A stretch of DNA of 43,176 nucleotides, taken from contig JBNGIO010006380.1 in assembly GCA_049999805.1 (NCBI GenBank), forward strand, positions 34,593-77,768, in the 5' to 3' direction. The notes beneath the pieces were generated by a model. That model searched no databases, was not told the DNA's origin, and saw only the letters and a program-made list of their open reading frames with translations. Of the stretch, positions 13,436-23,949 are shown in pieces (positions within the stretch are counted from its first letter, which is position 1; each line of letters begins with the position of its first letter). The position numbers were made by a program, and so were the translations under genes. Source of the stretch: Folioceros fuciformis (Eukaryota).

Positions 13436-16400
13436 GGCCGGGGTCAGGGGAATGGGGGCCGGAATTGCAATTCCGGTCCAGTCTGGTGCGCATCCGGGCG
13501 CCTGTGACCGAGATCGATGAGGCTGAAGAGGAGGAGGAGGAGGACGACGAAAGCCGAGCCAGCTACGACACGGCTTTGGAGAGGATGGCGGCTGCTTCCA
13601 CTTTGAGCTCGCTGTACGGGAGCCCCAGGGGTACGCCCACCGGGTCCGTGTTCGGGTCGGAGGCTGGGGAGAGAGACAGCCTGCACAGGAGGTTGAGGGA
13701 GGTGATGCCAGCAGAGGAGCCCGGGAGGCCGGATCCAGGAGGGGAGGAGTATGGGGGTGAAGGGCCGCTCGTGCCCGTGGCCAAGCTCACGGCGGATGAT
13801 GAACCTCTGGAGTATGGGGAACAGAGTGGGCTTGTGTCTGGGACTTCGGGATACCTCTATACTGACGAGGAAGAGGACGAGGAGGATGGAGAGGAGGTGA
13901 CTTCTGGCCTCCGCCCGTCTGCTGCCGGTCTCTATGTTGTTGGAGCTGAGGGGGATTCTGGACAATCGCCCGAGAAGGAAGCTGTCTTGGAAGAAAGTCA
14001 TGACGCCGCCGAATATATTGCTCCAGAGCCACCATGTGAGCTTGAGGAAGCTCGTGACAGTGGGTACAGTGATATGCCCGTGTCCCCTGGAGCTCAGGGG
14101 TCAGGACCTGGAGATGATCCGTTTTCAGAATCCGCTGTCCCAGCTCCCGCTTCTGTCCTTGCGGCTGCGGAACTTCCACATGATTCCCAGGAGCTTCCAA
14201 TCCACGCTCTGCCTGCAAACGGGTATCTTGTCGCATCAGGCCACGATAAGGCTCAGGATTTGGGCATTGGGCAAGGGCTTCGCGACGGAATTGCTGTGGT
14301 AGGGGAACTGGAGAGTGCTTCTGAGGAACTGGAGCCTCCCTTGAAGGAACGGGAAGCTGGTTCTGAGGAACTGGAGCCTGCCTCGAAGGAACTGGCGGCT
14401 GTTTCTGTGGAACTGGAGCCTGCCTCGAAGGAACTGGCGGCTGCTTCTGAGGAACTGGAGCCTGCCTCGAAGGAACTGGCGGCTACTTCTGTGGAACTGG
14501 AGCCTGAGTCGAAGGAAGTGGCGGCTTCTTCTGTGGAACTGGAGCCTGCCTCGAAGAAAGTGGCGGCTGCTTCTGAGGAACTGGAGCCTGCCTCGAAGGA
14601 ACTGGCGGCTGCTGTTGCGGAACTGGAGCCTGCCTCGAAGGAACTGGCGGCTGCTCCAGTGGAATTGGAGCTTGCCTCTGAGGAACCAGAGGTTGCCTCC
14701 CAGGACCAGCTTCATGCTGCCGGAGCTGGGGATGCCGGTTTGGACGTCTTGCCGGCAGCTGAGGGGATTGGAGAAAGCGAGCAAGCGGTTTCCGCTGCTG
14801 TTTCGTCGGCTCTGGAGGGTCAGGAGGCGGAACAGCGCAGTGCGCAACTAGAGAGCCAGGTTTTGGAACCGAAAGGGCCCGCTGCAGCCGTGACAGCGGG
14901 AGGTGCACATGATTTGACGTCCAGTGCTGGAGTAGGTGCTTCCGATGTCCGTGCTCCTGAAGCACAGGCTGCCGGGGTAGCCCCATCGGCGGAAGCATTA
15001 CAGCAAGCTACATATGTGTTTGCTGCGTCCAGTCCAGAGGGGAGCAAAGAGTCTGAAGCAGTGGTAGCGGAAGGACTCCCGATTGCAAGGGCTTCTGAAG
15101 ATGACGACGATGTTTCAGGATATTCTTCATTGGCAGCGGTGACGTATGAAAGCGGGGAGCCCGAGCCGGCAACTGCTCAAGGACTCCCGATCGCAAGGGG
15201 ATTGGACGACGATGTTTCTGATTCACGGACTGCAGATGTTCCAAAGTCTGCACCTGCAACAGCAACGGTGGAGGAACATGAGCCAAGTTCCCGGGGGCAG
15301 ACTGGCCAGGTACATGAACCAGCTACGGCAGAAGGGCTCCCAGTTGCGGGTGCCACATTCGCTGATCCAGAGGATGCCGAGGGACTTCCCATTGCACGGG
15401 TGATAGAAGATGAGGCAGGCGGTCCGACATTTCCTGGTCCACTTGGAGATGTTTCAAGGAAAGGCCAAGAGGCGCGGGCGCCAGTAGCTGCTACAGCCGG
15501 GGTAGTTCCTATTGCGAGGCTGACATCTGAAGAGACAGATAGCTCGACGCACTCTCCAACGACAACAAGCGTTCCATCAGAGCGAGGACTTCCCGTGGCC
15601 AGAGTCACAGATGAGGAGGCGGATGTTGTAGCCTTCATTCCACCTGAAGAAGCAACTGCCACGGGATTGCCAGTGGCAGGGGTAACGCAAGATATAGATG
15701 CGACAACCGACGGTCCACCGGAATCCACTGCCCGAGGACCTCCAATCGCCAGATTAACGGAAGACGCAGATATTCCAAGCAGCTCTTCAGTGACAGCAGA
15801 TGTTCCGATTGCGAGGGTAACAGAAGCAGACACTCCGAGGAGCAGTTCGGTGACAGGCGATGGTGCACCTGAATCAGATGTTCCCCAAGCAGATGCCAAG
15901 ACCAGTGCTGCCGCACCCAACCTAACAGAAACAGCTCCTCTGCCTCTGGAAAAAGCAGAATCCAAAGACAACGGCGTCGTCCTGGACCCGGCTCCGCTCC
16001 CATCGACCAAGCCGTCGTCCGAAAGCAGGGATCCTGGAGCACAGGATGGTGATGAGCACGGGAAACAGCAGCAGCCAGATCCGGTGACAACGCCATCAGA
16101 TGCCAAGGACACCGACAGCAACTCCGGGGTTAAATCTGTCCCGGAGTCCACTGCTGGCACCAAACTGGAAGACTCTGTCCAGAAACCCGTCCCTGAAAAG
16201 GAGCCTCAACAAGACACTGTGACAATAGTGCAAGTGGGAGAAAGCAAGCACAGAAACCTGGCCCAGCTTCTACACAGCGAGGAAGAGGCAGCTGCGGAGG
16301 AAGCAGCTGCCGCGCCCGCAGCCAAGCAGCCGAAGCCCAAGGTGAAGAAGATCATCCAAGCGGCCAAGGAATTGGCTAAGACCGCCCGGAGCCAGGGTGC

Positions 16401-16491
16401 TCGTATCACAAAAGCCACCTCGAGAGTTCTCCGCTTTCCCAACTTAAATTGCTTCAGTCCCAAGAAACCTTTTCCCGCGGAACGCGTGTAG
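13436..16491 (+). CDS. Very acidic, repetitive, probably disordered protein (>1000 aa); Toc159 A-domain-like motifs but no GTPase domain; 5' end in assembly gap
   Basis: Frame is open from the N-gap to TAG at 16491. E/D/A/P/S-rich, with a 14-aa tandem array, ~10 dispersed P[IV]A[RGK]-acidic motifs and a basic C-terminus (PKVKKIIQAAK...LNCFSPKK). Confidence 0.8.
14305..14703 (+). repeat. Coding minisatellite, 42-bp unit (ELEPASKELAAxxx) x ~9
   Basis: Repeated gaactggagcctgcctcgaaggaactggcggct..., in frame and built from 21-bp half units. Confidence 0.95.
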
Positions 16492-17356
16492 GATGATCCA
16501 CAAAAACTACAGACCAAGCATTCCGAAGTAAATTATATTAGTAGGCGGCTTCAATTTTGTTAAACGACTTTGTCCAGTCTTGGTCGAGTCTACTTTGCGC
16601 TGTACTTCCTGGTCATTTCCAGGATGACGAACGAGAATGGGTGTGGTAGCCCTTTCAGCACCTTCTTAGCTGACTGAATCAATCAATCAATTCATTTACT
16701 TGTTACACATCAAGGCATTCCAAGTAGAGTTCCAAACTCCACTTGCACACCATGAAGAAACGAGGTGCTTTCCAAAACCCACATTTAGAGCTCAAGTTTC
16801 AAAGCACATAGCTAGTTCCATAGACATGAGGAGAGCAACTACAATGGTTTTTGAAACCCATGTTGTTCTTCTTCTTCCTCAAACTTGAAAACATCTAGTC
16901 GTCATTGTTGTTCTAACTTCTTGTACGGTTCCTAAAATCTTGTACTTTTCCTGCCCCATGGAGGATACAGGGTGGAGGTGGAATGCTGGTGGCCAAGGCT
17001 AGATTGCAAGGTTGAGGTTGATATTATCGATCGCGCTTGCCCTGGGCTTGAGGTTGGTGGGCAGCTTGTTTTTTGAGCTTCCTTGGAGCTTGTCGAGGTA
17101 GGCAAGTAGTAGTTTGCTGCCTTCGTAGTTGTTCCTTGGGTTCAAGGATTCTCTCCATGTCCTCAAATCCACTACCATTAAGAAACTTTGGGCTAACCTC
17201 TTTGGTTGACATTTGGTTGGGGTGTGCTTTAACATTACTAAAAGTGTATAATGAAACACAACCTTAAGATGAGCAAAATGAATTCAAGAGACGGAAGAAG
17301 TGAAGATGTTTCAAGACATGTTTGGCTTGCGATATCCTATATCTATTCCACCACTA

Positions 17357-17390
17357 GGTATGGGTATGTGTATGGGTATGGGTATGGGTA
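17357..17390 (+). repeat. (GGTATG)n microsatellite
   Basis: ggtatgggtatgtgtatgggtatgggtatgggta. Confidence 0.85.
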
Positions 17391-18000
17391 TTGATGTGGA
17401 TGTTGGGTGCGGAAAAATCAAAATGAGCCCGGTTGAAGTGTTGAGAGAGAGTGTGGTGGGATGTGGTCATGTGCAGCGTCAAATGGGCAGCCACAGCTCC
17501 AAGCCAGGAAGAAGACCCAAATTACAAAGCCTTTGTTGAAACGTGTTTTGGTGTAGTTTAGTCTGTTACTGTCATGTCCGTGTGTTTCACAGGATCGAGG
17601 GCGGTTGGAGGCGTTTCACCGGGTCGGGAGTGATGGAACCTAGAACCGTGGGACGGGGGGGAGGGAGGGGGATGCGCCACGTGGAAAAGGGGAGGTGAGT
17701 TGATTAATCCAGCGTGCATACGGGTTTGAATTTGCGCAGGGGCAGGTGATTTTCGCAAATGCTGGCGCAAGCTGGTGACCAGCGTCACGGTGCCACATGC
17801 GCCGCATGCGCGAGGCGTGTCAGGTGTGTGTGGTTAGGGCTGGCGGGCGTTGCGCCGCCTTTCGCCGCGCAGTAGGGCTTGCGCCGGGGATCCCTGTTGC
17901 GCCGACGTGCGCCCGGCGAAAGGCGCTGGCAAAAGCAGCAGCGCCTTGAGCTCCAACGCTGGAGGACGCGAACGCGAGGCCGCGAACCCGCCCCCGGGAG

Positions 18001-18079
18001 CGAGACGGGACGAGACGAGACGTGTCGAGACGAGTCGAATCGAGTCGAGACGAGACGAGACGAGACGAGTCGAGACGAG
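18001..18079 (+). repeat. Imperfect (CGAGA)n pentanucleotide microsatellite
   Basis: cgagacgggacgagacgagacgtgtcgagacgagtcgaatcgagtcgagacgagacgagacgagacgagtcgagacgag. Confidence 0.9.
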
Positions 18080-18692
18080 GCAGCCAGCGAGCGAGCGAAG
18101 AAAGACGTTGGGAAGAAAGCGGAGCCTGGGAGCTTGAGGGAGTGGCGTCCCAGCGAGGACCGAGCTCCTCGACTCGAGACGTATCGAATTGGATGCTCCC
18201 GCAGCTCAGTTGCTGAGGCGCTCGCGGCGCATTCCCGCGCGGGGGCTGCGGGGACCGGAGGAAGGGGAATTGNNNNNNNNNNNNNNNNNNNNNNNNNNNN
18301 NNNNNNNNNNNNNNNNNNNNNNNNNNNNNNNNNNNNNNNNNNNNNNNNNNNNNNNNNNNNNNNNNNNNNNNNGGGGAAAGTTGAGCAGGAGAGCGAGACG
18401 TAAGCACGAGTACCGGTACGAGTGTGGAGGATATGGCAAGATGCGGTGCGTGCGGGGGTTGATTGAGTGGTGCAGCAGGTGCGGTTTTGCGGCAAGAATT
18501 TGCATGTGGATGTCGGCAGCGCAGCATGAGAAGGCGCAGGCGGGGCTGGCAGGAGCGTAAGCAGGGGCTGAGAAAGAGGCAGGGTGCGGGAGGGAGGATT
18601 TGAGGGAGCGGGTTTCGTAGGGCGGGCCGAGCTCGCTACCAGGAAGACGCAGGGGTAGATCAAGCTACGGAAAGACGGAGTACTTTGATAAT

Positions 18693-20535
18693 ATGTCTGA
18701 AGAGCACCTGGCTCTATGTCTGCGTGAAAATGAAGTAGCGGTGACGCCGCCTCCGCTACAGATTAAACAGGGCGGCGGACGACCCCGGTCGCAGGTGTGG
18801 CAGCATTTCACTGCCTGCGGGGACCGGAATGACAAGAGTCGTCGATTTATTGTGAGTTGCAATGCGTGTGGGCAGAATTTGTCCAGCAGGGTGGAGGCCA
18901 TGGAAAAGCATGTGGCTTATGACTGCAAGGAGGTCCCGGAGGAGGGCCGCTTGATGATCCAGCAGAAAATTGCTGGAAAGACGGCCGTGGCGGGGACCAT
19001 GGCAATTGTGGGAGCTCCTGCTCAGAAGAAGCCCAAGACTCCCAAGATTGTGAAGCAGCAGCCTCATCTGCCCCACCATCATCAGCAGCTGCAACCGCCG
19101 TCCACTTTGATTTGCAGGGCTTGTGGTGTGCAGTACCCGCCTACTCCGGATCCTCAGCCTTGCAGAATATGCTGTGATGAACGGCAGTATGTGCCAAGGT
19201 ATGCCCGACAACTCCTTGTTCACGGGGGCTCAGTAATGTGTTCTATCTTGGTATAGTACGTGTATGCGCAGCGGAATACGTGTTAGGTTTTGACCCCACT
19301 CACTGCTGGCCGTGCCAGACTTGTCTTTAGGGCTTAGCCTGTGCTTGCCAGGCTAGCACACTGACGGCTTCGAACTTGCCTTGAGAATGTCCCGCAGGTC
19401 TGGGCAGTCCTGGACAACCATGGAGAAAATGGTCCAGGAAGGCTACAAGAACTGCTTTCAAAAGCATGAGCCTCGGCTTTATGGGATTGGCACAGTTCCG
19501 AAGTTTGGAATTGGACAGCGAGCATTTCTCATCCAAACACCTAGTAAGGCCAGCCAGCCAGCCTACCTACCTACCTCAGTGTGCATCAAGTGTGCTTGCT
19601 TGCAGTGAAAGCAGCTGCTGTCTTACCTTGCAACTCTGATTTGGTACCAGATGGGAATCTGTTATGGGATTGCATTTCATTGGTGGATGATGCAACGATT
19701 GACATCATAAAAGCTCTTGGAGGCTTGAGAGCCATAGCGATTTCTCATCCTCACTATTATGCTTCCAATGCGCAGTGGAGTGCTGCATTTGAAGGTGTAC
19801 CAGTATACATTCATGAAAGGTAAAAGACTCGATATTATTGATCTGCCTTTTCTTTCCTCTTTTCAGCCCCATCCTTGCATTTCGTTTTATCTATTTGTAT
19901 CGCTTGTTGGAAGCATTGTTTACGGCATCTGTGATTTCCAGCCCCTCTGTGGTGCATGTGTCTCTGTTCACCAAAGCAGAAGTGTTGGCGTTCTGAACTG
20001 GTTCTATGTGGGTTGGGTTGTTGTAGGGACAAAGAGTGGGTTGTTTGGGAACATGGTAACATAAACTACTGGGGTGATCATGGAGATTCTCTTCCGTTAT
20101 GGGGGGGATTCACACTTCTTCATTTAGGTGGACACTTCGCTGGTGCACAGGTGTTGCACTGGGCAAATGGAGCAGACGGGAAGGGAGCCTTGTTTACTAG
20201 CGACGTCCTGCAGGTATTTGCCACTTCCGAGGTAACTCGTCAGGTTCGAGGAGCACGAGAGGAGCCTTCATGAGTTCTGACAGTGCGATGCGTGATGCGG
20301 GCAGGTTGGCATGGACCGGGAGACTGTGAGTGTTATGCGCTCCTACCCCAATTATATTCCTTTATCTCCAGCCTACGTTGATAGATTAAGTAAGAAAATC
20401 GAAAGCTGGCATTTTCACCGGCTTTATGGCGCATTTTGGGACATGGAGATCGAGTCTGATGCGAAGTCGAAAGTAGCTTACTCATTGGAGAGATACATCA
20501 AGTGGATCATCCAAGATGAGGATCTGGAAATATGA
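18693..20535 (+). CDS. BED zinc finger fused to YmaE-like metallo-beta-lactamase-fold hydrolase, 5 exons, ~412 aa
   Basis: Exons 18693-19198, 19398-19543, 19651-19819, 20027-20213 and 20305-20535 join in frame (1239 nt). BED: RSQVWQHF...CNAC...HVAYDC. MBL family: ICRACG...CRICCDERQYVP, GQSWTT, FGIGQRA, GNLLWDC, AIAISHPHYY, GGHFAG, SD, MRSYPNYIPL, YGAFW. Confidence 0.88.
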
Positions 20536-21140
20536 TAATTTTTTCAGTCTAGGAACGAAGCATGACACGATGCGCTTGGGATATCTGACATCTTTGTACA
20601 GCATTGCCTGTTTCTTTGGATTGTCTCATGCCCCGAAATGGGTTTAGGTTAAACAAAGGACACCTCAGAGCTACGCCTACACATGCTCCTTCTTGCATAC
20701 GTTGTTCAAAATATGCAGCAGGAAGATCCCTTCCAAGAGAACTGGGAAGTCGGCACCGTGGGTTTGAACACGCGATCAATTATTGTGAAGTAACTCGTGA
20801 TGCTTTAAGGTCATGTAACTCAAAGGTTAATTAGCACAGCCATTTAGCGGCCCCGCACATGGAGCTGGAAGGCAAGACATTTATTGCGTGCCCCTATCGA
20901 GGGCAATGAAGCTGGTTGAAGACCACCTCACATCGTGTGAGCTCCAAGACATTCACGTCTGATTACCATCTACAAGAGTTCAATTTTACTATGCGGAAGA
21001 AAGTTGCTCGCTTCATTTTCACCATCAAAGAAAGGTCATTCCTACCGAATGGAAGAAGGTCGTGAGCAGTCGTTTCTGCTTTGCTCCGACAAAAATCATT
21101 CAACAGGAGTAATCTAGTAGTAGGGTAGCAACAAATAGTC

Positions 21141-23305
21141 TCATGGATTTGAAGCTCTGGCAGAAGGAGAGGCTCTCGGAGACCCAGTTTCCTGCTGCGT
21201 CTCTGTAATAAATCTCATGGCTTCTGAAGCAATGTACTCGTCGTCTCTGAATCTAAGCAAGAAGTCTACCAATCTGTACACATCGGAAAAGGTCGACATA
21301 GGCCCGAAAGAGACACGGATAGACGAGAATTGGGGGGTCTTGTCGTAGAATGAAAAGTCCTTCGCTCGATCTGAAGCCTTGCTGAGAGCATGGGCCAACC
21401 CAGGGTTGTTAAAATATCCTGTACCAATCACTATGTTTTCCTTTTGAGCCAACCGCTGTACCAGGCTAGAGGGTATGATAGTCCCGGTGGAATCCACCAG
21501 GTTGAAAGCCACTATGCTTCCCCTTTCATGTAAGCCCCGAGGCCCGTACAGTTGAACCAATGACTTGTCGTTGTGGTGGAGACCTTTAAGTACTTTCACC
21601 AGCCACGCTTCTAGACATTGCACCCGTTTCCTGACGGATTGAAGACCAATCGCTTCAAGATGTTGGAGCCCAAAGTTGAGAGCTGCGAATGACAACAGAT
21701 TGATGACTTCGTCTTCAGACACAATGTGGTAATTTTTCCCTCGCTCTTGGACCCTGTTGGCTGCAACAAACCTGAGGCCAGATACTCCTGCAGTACTATG
21801 GATTGTGAAGGCAGACTTTTTCACAAGAAGGAACCCCATCCCTGAAGGATATCCTAGTAGATGACGGAAGGAGCCAACCACAAACTCTGGTCGAACCACT
21901 GACAGATCCAAACTACCAGAAGGTAGGAATGTGGAAACATCCAGCAATACATGCCATCCATTTTGTTGAGCCTCAACAACCCAGTTGAGGGAGTGCTTTA
22001 CACCGGACAGACAGGATTGAGCAGGAAAGACGAAGAGCCCTCCACGCTCCCCGTGGCTTCTCAGCGTCTTTCTAAGTACAACGCCCTGTATGGCGAGATT
22101 CACTTCTCCAACGGCGCATACCATTTGTTTCACTCCTTGCTGACGTCCAGCTGTAGCAATAATCTTCACAGCTTCATGGTTATCCTGGCACACCAAGAAT
22201 GCATTGCCTTTCTGAAACGAGTATGCCTCTGCGAAAACCCAAAAGGCTGCAGTGTACCCTGTTGTGAAAACCACACTGTATTCATCGGGTGTAGTATTCA
22301 AGAGCTGCAATAGTCGGCGATGGGTCTCAGTTACATGGATGCCTAAGTGACTAGAAGATAAATGACCAAGGCTGGCAGCTCGAAAGGACGGGGCTTCTTG
22401 CTGCACTGCTTTAGCATGCTCCTCAACCTGACACATAACTACATTAGCCTACAAGGCTTCGTGAAGGGGAGCTGTCTATGAACGGTGTACCAGCTGCAGA
22501 CTGCCAAAACACGTACCTGAAAGCATGAAAAGAGAGCAAAACTTGCATAATCAAGGTAGACTATCGACTGCGAGTCCAGCTTAGGGTACTGCTCTTTCCT
22601 CACATTGTCAACAGAAACGTTGACAAAGTAGTCCTCAAATTCTTCCAGAAACGCCTCCTCTGCATCCTCAAATTTTGGCAACACATCAGGTCCGGCATCA
22701 CGGCTGGATTCCGGTACTGACGAGGTGGTGCATGTTTGTTGAGCTAGCGATGACAGCGAAATTTCGTGAGTTTCGAAATGAGCAGGTAGCAATGACGTCA
22801 GGGAGCGCGAGGACTGCTTACTTTCAGGATCACGCCGGAGGACCTCCATTCTTGTCGACACGCGGTCACTAACGTTTTCTTGAAAACAGGTCGCAGCTGC
22901 CCGCTGACTTATGTCGACTGTGTGGCCGAAATGAGTTTCCGCCTCTGCGGCCAGTGCGTCGGCGTCTGTCTCAGGTCTGGAGTTGCCCGAGCGAGAAGAC
23001 AAACTCCTGCTTCCTCTGCCAGATAGCATATTAGCTCTTGTCCCCTTCACATTGAAGGAGGGGCTGACTCTCAGTACGGGAGGCTCCAATTTGCCAGATT
23101 TTCGAGGTCCCTGGTGACAGCATCACAACAACTATAAGAGAGAGTGCGCATCCACAATTCATTCAGCACCGTGTGCAGACAAAATGAATCCATCCCGGCT
23201 GAAATGGCTTCTGCATCTCTCACAGGGCCCATGGTGATGGAGATTCACCTTGGAAGCTCCAGATGAACTGGAGCGTGACCGCAATTTGGCCAGCTTACTG
23301 AACAT
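21141..23305 (-). CDS. Molybdenum-cofactor-sulfurase-like PLP (aminotransferase class V) fold protein, no MOSC domain, 3 exons
   Basis: Exons 23305-23249 (MFSKLAKLRSRSSSSGASK), 23110-22517 (...YPKL...VYLDYASFALFS) and 22427-21141 (VVFTTG, LFVFPAQSCLSG, WHVLLD, PEFVVGSF, RGSIVAFNL, SIRVSFGPMSTFSDV). Confidence 0.88.
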
Positions 23306-23949
23306 TTCGGACCACAGAGATGCCTGGCCCGCTGTTCCCTATGAAACTCTTGGAGTCCGAACTTGCACTCATCCCCTGAATAAATTCACCTCGCCCACCA
23401 GCAGAGAATTCTAATCTGCAAGACCCAGAGCGCCAAGAGCGGAGCAGCATGGCAACTGACAAGCCAGAGGCCAGGCTGCAATGCACGCAACCGAAACGGC
23501 AGCAAATACCCAACTTCGTCTCCTGATGTTCTGATGTTCGAGTGTCGAAATGTTGGGTGGCCACGGGAGGCAGACACGACAAGGCAGCAGCTGTAGACGT
23601 GGGACGAGAACCGGGCAGCAGAATCAACGCTGTATCCCAGACTGGGTGAAGAGAAAGAGGCGGGTTAAAGGTGTGCAAATGCCCGGAATGAACATGCGTC
23701 TGAACCCAGGCTCGCGGTGCATGGCTTCGGCCAGGCCACGACCAGCACGATTGGACTATAGTCAGCAACTGCATCCCGTGGGACCCACTTGGTCTCAGAG
23801 TACGAACCGGAAGTCGGTCTCAGCGTGTGAACCGGAAGTCGCTTACTTTCTTCCATCTCTTTCGGGATTGGTTGACCACAATCCACGCACCACAATGCGT
23901 CCACGCTAGAGGACCCGTCTACCAATCCTGTCAAGGCTCCTTCATTTTC

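Noticed and set aside
14305-14703. Regular direct repeats superficially like a CRISPR array
   Set aside because: No unique spacers, in-frame coding minisatellite, eukaryotic context and no cas genes.
15177-16163. 328-aa minus-strand ORF and other long antisense ORFs over 13444-16517
   Set aside because: Shadow ORFs of the GC-rich repetitive plus-strand CDS, with no recognisable domains.
13436-16491. Calling this gene TOC159
   Set aside because: No AIG1-type GTPase or M-domain in the ORF or downstream. The resemblance is limited to short motifs recalled from memory.
17785-18663. Long ORFs spanning the N-run (likewise 12900-13520 and 37114-37521)
   Set aside because: Artefacts of translating through gaps and through the (CGAGA)n microsatellite.
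21141-23305. Calling this gene ABA3
   Set aside because: No MOSC domain, and the catalytic Lys and Cys motifs are substituted.
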